Of a DNA stretch of 64,000 nt, positions 11,012 through 21,523 are shown piece by piece. Source of the stretch: Spirulina sp. GTDB lineage: Bacteria; Cyanobacteriota; Cyanobacteriia; Phormidesmidales; Phormidesmidaceae. The stretch covers positions 1-64,000 of the forward strand of contig JBIPSI010000010.1 of NCBI GenBank assembly GCA_044070495.1, given 5' to 3'. The notes beneath the pieces were generated by a model that was given only the letters and a program-made list of their open reading frames with translations, did no database searches and had not been told where the DNA came from. The translations under genes were made by a program, and so were the position numbers. How positions within the stretch are numbered: position 1 is the first letter of the stretch; each line of letters begins with the position of its first letter.

Positions 11012-11191
11012 AGCTGCCCCTTGTGCTTGATTGGTTTTGATGTTGATTGGTCTTGGTGTTGATTGGTTCTAGCCTAGGTTCGGCTTCCTGGGCCCCGGTT
11101 CAGCAGGGCGATGGCCGTAGACCTTTGGCTTTATGACTGCCCAACGGTCTGCCTAATCGGGAATCAGGGTTGTTACGATGATGATCTAGCC

Positions 11192-11965
11192 CTACCAAAC
11201 CTTCCAGGGGGCTTGTCCGGTTTTCCAAAGATCTTCCAGCATATTTTTGTCGCGTAAGCTATCCATTGGCTGCCAGAACCCCTGGTGGCGATAGGCCGAC
11301 AACTGCCCCATGGCGGCGAGCTTGCGCAGGGGCTCGTGTTCCCACATCACCGAATCATCGGCCACAAAGTCGATCACCTGGGGGTCAAGGACAAAGAAGC
11401 CCGCATTGATATAGGCTCCATCACCATCGGTTTTTTCTGAAAAGGATTCAATGGTGGTTTGGCCTTCGTGGAGGGCGATGGCCCCAAAGCGTCCCGGTGG
11501 CTGCACGGCGGTCAGGGTGGCCAGGGTCTTTTGTTGGTTGTGAAACTCGATGACTTCGGTGATATTGACGTCGGCCACACCGTCGCCGTAGGTAAAGCAG
11601 AAGGGTTCGTTACCGATGTACTCGCGCACCCGCTTCAGGCGGCCCCCGGTCATGGTGGCTTCTCCGGTGTCTACTAGGGTGACCTTCCAGGGTTCGGCCT
11701 TGCCATTGTGAACGTTCATCTGGTTATACCGGAGGTCAAAGGTGACATCCGACATGTGCAGGAAGTAGTTGGCGAAATACTCTTTGATCACATAGCCCTT
11801 GTAGCCACAGCAAATAATGAAATCATTGATGCCGTGGCTAGAATAAATTTTCATGATGTGCCAGAGAATCGGCTTACCGCCAATCTCCACCATGGGCTTT
11901 GGCCGCACACTGGTTTCTTCGCTAAGACGAGTCCCTAAACCACCGGCTAAAATAACAGCTTTCAT
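11192..11965 (-). CDS. rfbF: Glucose-1-phosphate cytidylyltransferase
   Basis: [45 protein letters not shown]. Confidence 0.95.
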   Translation of the reverse strand: MKAVILAGGLGTRLSEETSVRPKPMVEIGGKPILWHIMKIYSSHGINDFIICCGYKGYVIKEYFANYFLHMSDVTFDLRYNQMNVHNGKAEPWKVTLVDTGEATMTGGRLKRVREYIGNEPFCFTYGDGVADVNITEVIEFHNQQKTLATLTAVQPPGRFGAIALHEGQTTIESFSEKTDGDGAYINAGFFVLDPQVIDFVADDSVMWEHEPLRKLAAMGQLSAYRHQGFWQPMDSLRDKNMLEDLWKTGQAPWKVW

Positions 11966-12143
11966 AATGCCCTCTAGAGTATGGTTGAACGCTGACCTTT
12001 ACCGACCCTTTTGGATGCAGCCTAGGCAGGGCTTCATTAGGGCGGCGATTCTTTCAATCAGCGCACTCTGAACTATTGCACTGGAATCAATGGAAATATC
12101 TCCATGGCATGAATTGTGCCCCAATTGGGTGGGGAAATACACA

Positions 12144-12183
12144 GCCCATGGACGTTAGCCTATCAAGGCTAGCGTCCATGGGC
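12144..12183. terminator. Long GC-rich hairpin downstream of ppc / upstream of rfbF
   Basis: GCCCATGGACGTTAGCCT..AGGCTAGCGTCCATGGGC near-perfect inverted repeat; no clear U tract. Confidence 0.4.
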
Positions 12184-12301
12184 GTGAGCTATAGGTGAAA
12201 TCGCTGAGGCGCTTTATGAAAAAGCTGTAAAGCGTCCGGATAGCCTTTTGCCCAAAGAATATTTGACAAGTCAGCCCCTTTCCGCCCCCTGGTTGACTGG
12301 C

Positions 12302-12400
12302 CAAGATTCTGAACCGGGCGCGACAACCGCGCTCCTACAGGATTGGGATGATGTAGGGGGCAGGTCTCCTGATCCTCTTACGGATCTGGCTTCTGGCGAG
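12302..12400 (+). repeat. GTAG-type REP doublet (BIME/REPIN-like), copy 1
   Basis: About 100 bp clearly alignable to the reverse complement of 21203-21301. Confidence 0.8.
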
Positions 12401-12547
12401 GCTGATCAGCCAACCCGTTCTACCCTCTACGGCCCTGAAGTTGCCTATCCTAGCCACAGCTACGAAGGAGCAACACTGGACTTCCCCAGTGCCGGGTCAG
12501 GGACGTTGCGCCGGTGGGGCTGTGACAACGGCCTGGGGTAGATCAGC

Positions 12548-15500
12548 CTAGCCCGTATTCCGCATTCCGGCAGCGATGCCGTTGATGGTGAGCAGGGCTC
12601 CGCGCAGCAGCTCGCCCTGGCTATAGCGGGATCGGATAATGCCCGTGGCGGCCTGGTCTTTGTACTGGCGCAGACGCTTTAGCAGGGCCACCTGTAGGAA
12701 CCCTAGGGGCACGATGGTACCGTTACGCAGGTAGACAGATCGCTGGAGATCGGGATCACTATCCAGCAATCGTTCGTGGCCAGTGATTTGCAGTACCTTG
12801 TCGCGGGTGAGGTGGAACTCTTTGGAAATGGAGGTAAACAGGGCCACAAAGCGCTCCCGGTCGTCGGGGTTGGACAGTTCCCGCACGTAGTGTTCGGCAA
12901 TTTGCAAATCCACCTTGGCCAGGGTCATCTCCACCTTGGAGACGACCATTTTGAAGAAGGGCCACTTGTGGTAGAAGTAGCGCAGCAGTTTCAGGTGCTC
13001 CTCCGGGGCTTCCTGCAAAAATTCCTCTAGGGCGGTGCCGACGCCATACCAGGAGGGCAGTAGGAAGCGGGCTTGCGTCCAGCTAAATACCCAGGGAATG
13101 GCCCGCAGGCTGCTGAGATCTTTTTTGCCGCCGCGACGGGCGGGGCGAGAGCTAATCTGCAACTGGCTGATTTCTTGGATGGGGGTGACTTGGTGGAAGA
13201 AATCCACCAGATCCGGCTGTTCGTAAATCAACTGGCGGTAGTGGCGGCGGGAGCGGGCGGCCAGTTCCTCCATGGTGGCATTCCAGGGCTTGATGTCGTC
13301 GAAGCTGTTGCTGAGGATGCTGGCCTGGAGTACCGCCGTAGTGACGGTTTCGAGGTTATACAGGGCGAGGTCGGGCAGGTTGTACTTGGAGGCCAGGACT
13401 TCGCCTTGTTCGGTAATTTTGATGCGGCCCTTGATGCTGCGTCCCGGCTGGGCCAGGATGGCTTCGTAGGCAGGGCCACCGCCGCGCCCCACGGAACCAC
13501 CCCGACCGTGGAAAATCCGCAGGGCCACCGAGAACCGATCCGCCGTTTCCTGGAGCGCCTGCTGGGCCTTGTGGATTTCCCAGTTGCTGCTGAGGAAGCC
13601 GGAGTCTTTGTTGCTGTCGGAATAGCCCAGCATCACCTCTTGCAGGGGCACCGGGGCCGAGGTGGAAACCTGGCTGGTGGCCAGTTGGGCGGCCCGCCCT
13701 TGCAGCATTTTCAGGTACAGGGGAATCTCAAATAGCTCCTGCATGGCGCTGGGGGCGCGTTGCAAGTCTTCCACGGTTTCAAACAGGGGTACGGGCTGAA
13801 TGCCGCTCAACCCGGTGACGGGGTCGTAGAGTCCGGCTTCCTTGGCCAGCAGCAGCACCTCCAGCATGTCGCTGACGTGGTGGCTCATGCTGATCACGTA
13901 GCTGAAGCAGATGTCGGGGCCAAACTCCTGGTGCAGTTGGCGTACCATGCGTAGGGTGGCGATGGTTTCGCGGGTTTTCTCGGAGAAGGGCAGTTCTCCG
14001 GGAATCAGGGGGCGGCGGGTTTGCAGTTCCGACACCAGCCAGGCGGTTTTCTCGGCCTCCGAAAGGTCGCTGTAGGGCTGGGGCAAAATTTGAAGGTACT
14101 GGGTAATCTCGTCGAGGGCATCGGAGTGGCGGGAGCTTTCCTGGCGCAGATCGAGTTGGGCCAGGTTAAAGCCGAAGATTTCCACCTGACAAATGAGGGT
14201 ATCCAACTCCTGGCAGTGGATCCCCGTGGCCTCTAGGTTGCGCTGAATCAGGCGTAGTTCGGTCAAAAACTCTTCCCCATCCCCATAGGTGGAGGTGGCT
14301 GGGGCGGCTTCCCGGAATTGATCCGCAAAGGGATCGCCCTGGTATAGCCCTTCGCTGCGGGTGAGGGTATTTTTGAGCCGCTGTTTAATGTAGGCCAGTT
14401 TCAGGCGGTAGGGTTCCTGGCGGTAGCGAATGGCCAGTTGGTCGTAGATTTCCGGCATTTTCACCTGGTCTTGTTCCAGGGACTCCAGCAGTTCCGGCAG
14501 CACTTCGCTCCAGTGCAGGGAAAGGCTGAGCAGTTCCGTCAGCCGATCCACGGAAACCACGTATTTATTCAGCACCAGGTTGCGCTGGTAGCAGGCGGTT
14601 TTCCAGGTCACCTCCGGGGTGACGGAGGGGTTGCCATCCCGATCAGCGCCCACCCAGGAACCAAAGCGGCAAAAGCGATGGCGGGGGGGATCCAGTTCGG
14701 GAAATGTGGCGGTGATGGCCCGTTCAAACCGCTGGTAGAGTTGGGGCAGGGTCTCGAACAGCACCACCTGAAAATAGTGCAGGGTGTAGTCCACTTCGTC
14801 GAGCACCGAGGGCTTGAACTGGTGCAGTTCGTCGGTGCGCCACCAGAGGCGAATTTCCTCCGTGAGTTCGGCCTTGAGGGCTTCGATTTCCCAGGAGGAG
14901 GCTAGCCCTAGGGTTTGGGCGCTCTCCTCGGCTTGGTCCATTTGGCGCAAAATGTTGGCGATGCGGCGCTGTTTGTCGCGGATGGTATGGCGGACAATTT
15001 CCGTGGGGTGGGCGGTAAAGACGAGGCGCACATCCAATTGATCAATCAGGTTTTGAATCAGTTGGGGGGGCACATTCAGCCGTTTGAGGGTGGGAAACAG
15101 CCAGTGAAAGGTGCCTGCCTCTCGGCGTAGGCTGGCCGGATCAACGGTGCTGCGATGGAGTAAATCCGCCTGGAAGGAATGGCCGTTGGCCCCCTCTTCG
15201 CCCTCCTCGCTGCCCAGGGTGGGATGGCTGTCTAGCAGGGCTTTCCCTCCCCAATGGGCTAAGTCGGAGGTTTGGTAGGCGGCCCGATACTGCTGCTGTT
15301 GCCCCCGTTGTTCGTAGTGCTGTTCGACAATGTTAATAAGCTGGAAATAGAGGGCAAAGGCCCGTGAGGCCCGAATGGCGTCCTCCAGATCTAGGGCTTC
15401 CACCACATCCACCACCGCCTTAACGCGGGCTTCATCGGTGGTGGGGGCTTGCCCCTCCGGAGAACACATCCGCCGCAACTGCCGTAGTAGGTTAAGTAAC

Positions 15501-15676
15501 TCTGGCCCACAGGCATGGTCCAAAACGCTCTCCCACAGGTCTTCGACTACCCGCAGCCGATGGCGCAGTAACAGATCTTGCGTGGACGGGGAGGATGACA
15601 GGGGCTCAGACATCTCCGACTGGGGAGATGGAGGGGTGGGCAGAAGATCCCCGGAGGGATGCAGCGTTGAGCTCAT
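12548..15676 (-). CDS. ppc: Phosphoenolpyruvate carboxylase
   Basis: [47 protein letters not shown]-terminal GMRNTG. Confidence 0.98.
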   Translation of the reverse strand: MSSTLHPSGDLLPTPPSPQSEMSEPLSSSPSTQDLLLRHRLRVVEDLWESVLDHACGPELLNLLRQLRRMCSPEGQAPTTDEARVKAVVDVVEALDLEDAIRASRAFALYFQLINIVEQHYEQRGQQQQYRAAYQTSDLAHWGGKALLDSHPTLGSEEGEEGANGHSFQADLLHRSTVDPASLRREAGTFHWLFPTLKRLNVPPQLIQNLIDQLDVRLVFTAHPTEIVRHTIRDKQRRIANILRQMDQAEESAQTLGLASSWEIEALKAELTEEIRLWWRTDELHQFKPSVLDEVDYTLHYFQVVLFETLPQLYQRFERAITATFPELDPPRHRFCRFGSWVGADRDGNPSVTPEVTWKTACYQRNLVLNKYVVSVDRLTELLSLSLHWSEVLPELLESLEQDQVKMPEIYDQLAIRYRQEPYRLKLAYIKQRLKNTLTRSEGLYQGDPFADQFREAAPATSTYGDGEEFLTELRLIQRNLEATGIHCQELDTLICQVEIFGFNLAQLDLRQESSRHSDALDEITQYLQILPQPYSDLSEAEKTAWLVSELQTRRPLIPGELPFSEKTRETIATLRMVRQLHQEFGPDICFSYVISMSHHVSDMLEVLLLAKEAGLYDPVTGLSGIQPVPLFETVEDLQRAPSAMQELFEIPLYLKMLQGRAAQLATSQVSTSAPVPLQEVMLGYSDSNKDSGFLSSNWEIHKAQQALQETADRFSVALRIFHGRGGSVGRGGGPAYEAILAQPGRSIKGRIKITEQGEVLASKYNLPDLALYNLETVTTAVLQASILSNSFDDIKPWNATMEELAARSRRHYRQLIYEQPDLVDFFHQVTPIQEISQLQISSRPARRGGKKDLSSLRAIPWVFSWTQARFLLPSWYGVGTALEEFLQEAPEEHLKLLRYFYHKWPFFKMVVSKVEMTLAKVDLQIAEHYVRELSNPDDRERFVALFTSISKEFHLTRDKVLQITGHERLLDSDPDLQRSVYLRNGTIVPLGFLQVALLKRLRQYKDQAATGIIRSRYSQGELLRGALLTINGIAAGMRNTG

Positions 15677-15847
15677 GGGTGGCGTTAGGGAGAGAACAGC
15701 AGTATCGCAAGAATTCTATAGGATTACCTGGTATAGAAGAAGTTTATGGGTACGGTAAACCCCAATTTTTCATTAAGCGTGCTTTAGTACGAGGGAGATG
15801 TAGCCTTCCGGGCGGTGAAACATAGCCCGATGGAAAGCGGTGGTGTT

Positions 15848-16048
15848 TTATTCTTGGGCGTGGACATGGAGGTGGGGCAGCCGTTGGCCCTGGAGCAGTT
15901 GCTCCCCTATTAACCCCGCTTGTCGAAATCCATCGGCCACGAGACGAGCAGTGATAAGACCGAGGAGTACTGGCGGGACGAGGGCTCCAATCAGGATTTG
16001 GGAAGGGTAGACCAGGGCAAACGGTGGGCTAGGGTTGGACTGGGACAT
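15848..16048 (-). CDS. Small hypothetical membrane protein
   Basis: Hydrophobic core followed by GEQLLQGQRLP, resembling a small conserved cyanobacterial family from memory; start uncertain (16048 preferred, up to 16144). Confidence 0.55.
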   Translation of the reverse strand: MSQSNPSPPFALVYPSQILIGALVPPVLLGLITARLVADGFRQAGLIGEQLLQGQRLPHLHVHAQE

Positions 16049-16509
16049 GGGGTAGACAACATCGGGTCGAGATCTGGGAGAAGACATAGCTGGGGAAAGA
16101 CATCGGGCGAGGACAAAAACCATAGGCAATCCTACTTCCATCATACCCCTGGCTACCCCGACCCTAGGGTTGCGTCAGGGGATCATAAATTCGTGGTCGA
16201 ATGCGACCAATGGGCTAGACTGCGGTATGCTTCAGTGCTATGTCTGGCCTACCCCAGGGGAGGCCTGTTGGGCCATGGATCTTCAGGGTGCATGAAGGCG
16301 TCTTGTGGTAAGGGCTTTAGCCGTCTAGCCAGGGCTTAGGGGGTGATCCCATCGGCGATCTATCTAAACGGCTGCCCCCGTCGCTGACGACTGCCGTCGT
16401 CGGGTGTGAGGATGACGCAACGGTGGGCACGATACCCTGGTAGTAGCCCACGATGTGGTATCGGTGTCGAATTGCGATTTGAGTTCAAGGGTATAACCCC
16501 GCAACGTCT

Positions 16510-19500
16510 ATGCCTGTCTCCTTTTCACCATCCTACGCCCCAGCCAGTGCTACGGCACCGGGCATTTTAGACTGGCTGAAGCATCATCTGGGGCTGTCCG
16601 AGGCGGATTTGCACATTAAGCTGCGGGGCAATATTCTCCATGTGCTGTGCGAAACCGCCCATGCCTTAGATCAACCCACGGTGCTGCTGCGGTTGGTGCG
16701 GGCGCTGCTGGAGGATCGAGAGCAGCGATGGCTGCACCAGGTCTATCCCCAGGTGTACCAGGTCTATGTTTACAGTCGTCGCCAAGGCCAGCCCAACCCC
16801 GACTGGACGGCCCCCATCTATCTCAATCGTCTAGAGCGGCATCTCGCCCAACTGGTGCTAGAAAACCAGGACGAGGCCGATTTGCAGGCGGCCAAGGATC
16901 TCCTAGCGACCTACGTTCAGGATCACCCCGATCAGCGACAGGGGGAGGCTGAGGGGGGCGGAGCCATCGTGCTTTCTAACCTTAGTTTGGCCCGCAAGGG
17001 TGATCCAGAAGCTATTGCTTGGTACCTCAGCGAAACCCTGAGTGCCCTAGATGTGGGGGTATGGGTCAGCATTAAGGCGATTCCGGGGCTAGCCCACCTG
17101 CACCGCCGCGCCGTGGGTACCGATCACCCTGGTGCTGAGGATTGGCCTGCCGAAGGCGGGGGGACGGAAGAGGAGGCCACCATCCCTCGGCTGTGGATTC
17201 TCTGTGAAGCGGCCTACAGCCCCGATCCATCCCTGATTGCCCGTCCCACCGCTGAACGGCTGCGCCTGCTGCAACTGACGCAGTTCAAAGATGCGGTGAT
17301 TCTCCTCCAGGTGCGGGGGGAAGCAAAGCCCGACTGGAGTCTCCGTATTGATCTCACCCCGCCAGAGGAGATGCTGCGGGAATGGAGCCGCTGGGGGGAT
17401 GTAGCCTCCCTAGGACGATTGATGGCGTCGATGCTAGAGCGCTACCACCTGACCGTGGATCCCACCCTCAATGGCGATACTCTCCATGTGCTGTGCCAGC
17501 CCCAGCGGGAGGGAGAGGGCTTGGGGGCCGAGACCACCGTGGTTCAGGCCCAGGCCGAGATGGTGGAGACTCTGTCTAGCCTCCTAGAGGAACTGGCTCC
17601 CCAGGGCATCTGCCGAGCGATTCTCTACGGCCAACCCCATCCCAATACCGACCCCGCCTGGGTGCACTACCTAGACCTGCCTGCGGCCCACCATAGCGCC
17701 TTGGCCGACTCCCCTGAGTATCTGGCGCAGATGGGGGATTTGCCTGCCATGGCCTTTCTGCTGACTCGCCAGCTCAATCCCAACTTGGAGGATCGGTTGG
17801 CGACGGGGGGGCAGCGGGTGCAGTTGTTGCGGCGAGATCAGTTGCTCCATGTGATGGTGGATGGCCCGGTGGTACCCCAGCGGCGTCTGGTGGCTCCGCT
17901 GCTCCACAACTACCTGCTGAGCCTCAGCCCCGTGGGCTTGGAGGGAGTACGGATCTACGGGCGGCGATCTGGCCAAAGCCGCCCTGCCTGGAGCTATGGT
18001 CGAGACTTCTCAGAGCGCCGTCGCCTGATCCCTGAGGCCGCCCCAGAATTCACCGCCTCCGATGCCTACGTGAACGAACTGCTGGTGCGGCCCGATAGCC
18101 CTATTACCCACGCCGAGATTTCGCCGGAGGAGGAAGCCGCCGCCCTAGCCCACTGGTGGACAGCGGTGGTGGATCGGTGGCAGGGGGTGCTGGTGCAGTC
18201 CCAATTGTTTAGCCGCGCCCAGCCCCTCAGCGTTCTAGATCGGGCTTCCAGCCCCCAGGCTACCGATGGCGTCAAAATCGCCATGGTATGGGCGGCGGTG
18301 GGGGTTTTGATGGCCGTCCAGGTGGATTGGTTCATGGGGCAAATGTTGCGGCCCTCGGCCAATGCCGCCAAGGCGGAACCGATGGCCACCCTGGCCCCTT
18401 CGCCCCCTGACCCTGAGGCCGAGTTTGCCCAAGCCCTATCGGAACTGGACTGGCCCACGGGATCCGCTGACCCTGACACCGAGGGCGAGGGGTTTGTCTC
18501 GGAATCCACCACCGATCTGTTCACCAGCCCCAGCCAGCCCCTGGTGGCCCTCGATAATCTGGTGGCGGACTCTCCCTTTGCCACCTTCAATAGCGAACAA
18601 CTCAATGAAAAGGTGGCCCTCTATGCCCAACGGGTAGCCACCGAGGGGCCTGCTGATGTGCTGATCGTCGGTAGTTCACGGGCCTTGCGCGGGGTTGACC
18701 CAGAGGCCCTACGGCGAGAACTAGCGGCCTTGGGCTACGAAAATCTGAATATTTTTAACTTCGGCATCAACGGGGCCACGGCTCAGGTGGTAGATCTCGT
18801 ACTTCGTCAGGTGCTAGAGCCCGATCAACTGCCTCGACTGATTCTTTGGGCCGATGGGGCTAGGGCCTTCAACAGCGGCCGGGATGACGTCACCTACAAT
18901 GCCATTGTTGCCTCCCCCGGCTATCGAGAGCTGCTGACCCAGCGACCGGCTGTGGTCGCTGCTGCTGGGGACGATCCTGCCGTGGCGACCGAGGGCGATT
19001 CTGGCACCCATGATCGCTCTCTGCCCCAGAGCTATGCGGCCATGGACGAATGGATTAGCGATCAGATGGGCGGGTTTTCGGCAGCCCACGAAGATCGGGG
19101 CGTACTAAAGACCTGGATCCAGAGTCAGCTAGGGGCCGTCATCCCTGCGGTGGCAACGGAGGGAACCGTAGCGGAGGAGCAACTGGATGCGCCCATGCCC
19201 GCTGGCAGCGCCGTTGACCGCGATGGCTTCTTGCCTTTGTCCGTGCGGTTTAACCCCGCCACCTACTATCAAACCTACGCCCGCGTCTCTGGCCGCTACG
19301 ATGGCGACTATGAAGACTTCCGCCTGGATGGGGCACAGATGGAAGCCCTAGATAGCCTACTGGCCTTTACCCAGGATCAAGGCATTCCCGTCGTCTTCAT
19401 CAACACGCCCCTCTCCGACGAATACCTAGACGACTACCGTCAGACCGCCGAGGATGAGTTTTTGCGCTATATGCTCACCCTCTCCACCACCGAATCCGGC

Positions 19501-19659
19501 TTTCTCTTCCGGGATCTCGGTCAGGCTTGGCCCCAGCAGTACGATTATTTTTCTGACCCCAGCCACCTCAACCGCTACGGGGCCTACCAAGTCTCTCAAC
19601 GACTGGCCCAGGATCCTCTCATTGCTTGGCCGAGATCTGCGGCCTCCGCTGCCCCATGA
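16510..19659 (+). CDS. Large membrane protein with C-terminal SGNH-like (DUF1574/DltD/AlgJ-like) domain
   Basis: VLIVGSSRA, NFGINGAT, RAFN, YFSDPSHLN blocks; central TM segment; repeated N-terminal modules. Confidence 0.8.
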   Translation: MPVSFSPSYAPASATAPGILDWLKHHLGLSEADLHIKLRGNILHVLCETAHALDQPTVLLRLVRALLEDREQRWLHQVYPQVYQVYVYSRRQGQPNPDWTAPIYLNRLERHLAQLVLENQDEADLQAAKDLLATYVQDHPDQRQGEAEGGGAIVLSNLSLARKGDPEAIAWYLSETLSALDVGVWVSIKAIPGLAHLHRRAVGTDHPGAEDWPAEGGGTEEEATIPRLWILCEAAYSPDPSLIARPTAERLRLLQLTQFKDAVILLQVRGEAKPDWSLRIDLTPPEEMLREWSRWGDVASLGRLMASMLERYHLTVDPTLNGDTLHVLCQPQREGEGLGAETTVVQAQAEMVETLSSLLEELAPQGICRAILYGQPHPNTDPAWVHYLDLPAAHHSALADSPEYLAQMGDLPAMAFLLTRQLNPNLEDRLATGGQRVQLLRRDQLLHVMVDGPVVPQRRLVAPLLHNYLLSLSPVGLEGVRIYGRRSGQSRPAWSYGRDFSERRRLIPEAAPEFTASDAYVNELLVRPDSPITHAEISPEEEAAALAHWWTAVVDRWQGVLVQSQLFSRAQPLSVLDRASSPQATDGVKIAMVWAAVGVLMAVQVDWFMGQMLRPSANAAKAEPMATLAPSPPDPEAEFAQALSELDWPTGSADPDTEGEGFVSESTTDLFTSPSQPLVALDNLVADSPFATFNSEQLNEKVALYAQRVATEGPADVLIVGSSRALRGVDPEALRRELAALGYENLNIFNFGINGATAQVVDLVLRQVLEPDQLPRLILWADGARAFNSGRDDVTYNAIVASPGYRELLTQRPAVVAAAGDDPAVATEGDSGTHDRSLPQSYAAMDEWISDQMGGFSAAHEDRGVLKTWIQSQLGAVIPAVATEGTVAEEQLDAPMPAGSAVDRDGFLPLSVRFNPATYYQTYARVSGRYDGDYEDFRLDGAQMEALDSLLAFTQDQGIPVVFINTPLSDEYLDDYRQTAEDEFLRYMLTLSTTESGFLFRDLGQAWPQQYDYFSDPSHLNRYGAYQVSQRLAQDPLIAWPRSAASAAP

Positions 19660-21149
19660 TTTTGCCCTCCATCACCTACGCCCTCTTTCTGATCAGCGTC
19701 ATTGGTATTTTTTGGGCGCTGGAGTCGGTTCAGGCTCGGCTGTGGTTGCTGTTGGTGGCCAGCCTGGTGTTCTATGCCTCCCTCCAGGTGCAGTATTTGC
19801 TGCTGATGGTGGCCCTGCTGATGGTCACCTTCTTCATCGGTCAGGCCATCGTGGCTCCCCTCGACTGGCGCACCCCCAGCGCCCAATGGCAGGTGGCCGA
19901 ACAAAGCTGGAACCAGCGCCGTAAACGGTTTCTGTGGCTGGGGATTGGGATTCAGGTGGCCCTGCTGCTGGGCTTTAAGTATCTGGAGGGGGTTTTTCGG
20001 CTCTTGGGCTGGACAGGCACGAGCTTTGGGGGGGCGCGTCTCGGCGATACCTTGACCAGTGTTGTGATGCCCCTAGGGCTGAGCTTCTTTGTGTTTGAGT
20101 GCATCGCCTATCTAGTGGATGTCTACCGAGGCTCCCCCGCCGCCACGAATTTTGTAGACTTTGGGGCCTACAAATTCTTCTTCCCCAAGCTGATCTCTGG
20201 CCCCATCACCCGTTTCCATCCCTTTGTTGACCAGGTGGAACAACCCAAGGCTCCGGGGCTGAATGGGGTTGTGGAAGGACTATGGTTGATCGCCTACGGA
20301 GCCGTGAAAAAGCTGCTGCTGGCCGACCACATCGCCATTTTGGTGAACCTCAGCTTTGACAACTTGCCCCGTGCTGGCAGTGCCGACATCGTTCTGGCGG
20401 TGTTCGCCTACGGCCTCCAGCTTTATCTAGATTTCAGTGCCTATGTCAACATTGCCTGCGGTAGCGCCCTCTTGCTGGGCATCCAACTCCCCGAAAACTT
20501 TGACGCCCCCTACTTCACCACCAGCCTAGCCACCTTTTGGCGACGCTGGCACATCACCCTAGGCGACTGGCTACGCAACTACCTGTATTTCCCCCTGGGG
20601 GGATCCCGCCAGGGCCTAGGGCGCACCTGCCGCAATTTAATGACGGTGATGCTGATTGCCGGGGTGTGGCACGGCAACAACTGGGGTTTCGTGATCTGGG
20701 GTGCCATCCACGGGGCGGGCCTAGTCCTCCACCGCCTTACCCAATCCGGGGGGAAGATCGCTCCTTGGACAGCCCAGTTTTGGCAGAGTATCCCCGGCAC
20801 CCTCCTAGGCTGGATCCTCACCCAAGGACTGGTCTTCTTTAGCTGGCTCTTTTTCCGCCTGCCCGCCCCCGATCAGTTCACCTTGGCCCTGCAACGGCTG
20901 TGGGCCACCCCCGCCGATCCTCAGTTTGTCCAGAAGGTCTACCTCGAATCCTTAGGATTTAGCTACGGGCAGCTATGGCTGCTGCTAGGGGGCCTATTTG
21001 GGCTGATGGGAGTCGCCTACGCCTTCAAACGCGGGCTAAAACTAGAGCTAAGCTGGCCCGTCAAACTCCTGCTCATTCCCCTGTTCAGTCTCCTTGCTTG
21101 GCTGCTGGCCCCCGCCGAAACCCTGAGCTACATCTACTTTGATTTCTAG
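19656..21149 (+). CDS. MBOAT family O-acyltransferase (AlgI/DltB-like)
   Basis: PLGLSFF, FFPKLISGPI, YLDFSAY, PENFDAPY, FWRRWHITL, GVWHG, FIYFDF-like end; ATG 19656 overlaps upstream TGA (ATGA). Confidence 0.93.
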   Translation: MILPSITYALFLISVIGIFWALESVQARLWLLLVASLVFYASLQVQYLLLMVALLMVTFFIGQAIVAPLDWRTPSAQWQVAEQSWNQRRKRFLWLGIGIQVALLLGFKYLEGVFRLLGWTGTSFGGARLGDTLTSVVMPLGLSFFVFECIAYLVDVYRGSPAATNFVDFGAYKFFFPKLISGPITRFHPFVDQVEQPKAPGLNGVVEGLWLIAYGAVKKLLLADHIAILVNLSFDNLPRAGSADIVLAVFAYGLQLYLDFSAYVNIACGSALLLGIQLPENFDAPYFTTSLATFWRRWHITLGDWLRNYLYFPLGGSRQGLGRTCRNLMTVMLIAGVWHGNNWGFVIWGAIHGAGLVLHRLTQSGGKIAPWTAQFWQSIPGTLLGWILTQGLVFFSWLFFRLPAPDQFTLALQRLWATPADPQFVQKVYLESLGFSYGQLWLLLGGLFGLMGVAYAFKRGLKLELSWPVKLLLIPLFSLLAWLLAPAETLSYIYFDF

Positions 21150-21202
21150 TTTGACTTCTAGGGAAACTCTAAACCCCTTAAATTCCTGGTTGTTTTACAA
21201 AA

Positions 21203-21301
21203 CTCGCCAGCAACCAGATTCCTCCAAGGGTCAGGAGACCTGACCCCTACAGGATCCCAATGCGGTAGGGGCGCGGTTGCCGCGTCCGGTGCAGAATCTT
21301 G
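21203..21301 (-). repeat. GTAG-type REP doublet (BIME/REPIN-like), copy 2
   Basis: GGGTCAGGAGACCTGACCCCTAC...GTAGGGGCGCGGTTGCCGCGTCC: two hairpins each flanked by GTAG/CTAC. Confidence 0.8.
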
Positions 21302-21351
21302 TGTCGGCCAAACAGCTTGGATCCCACGTAGCCTGGATTTCAAATCCCAAG

Positions 21352-21404
21352 AAAAAAGCGCCAGAGGACTCTCTGACGCCGGGTGTTGAGGAGTGAACGA
21401 TTAA
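21352..21404 (-). ncRNA. Candidate Yfr1-like small RNA
   Basis: Minus strand TAATCGTTCACTCCTCAACACCCG-GCGTCAGAG-AGTC-CTCTGGCGC-TTTTTT; TAACTT -10-like hexamer at 21415-21410; no upstream minus-strand gene nearby to explain the terminator. Confidence 0.6.
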
Positions 21405-21523
21405 TTCTTAAGTTACGGGGTGGGTATGACGGTGGCATGTTTTCGGTATGTCAACCCTGTGACAATCGCCACCCGTGATGATTCCAGGGACAATAGCCAA
21501 AGAACGTTTCTTGCCCAACCACC

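Noticed and set aside
12248..12541. 97 aa ORF between rfbF and ppc
   Set aside because: TTG start, runs through the REP element, no protein features.
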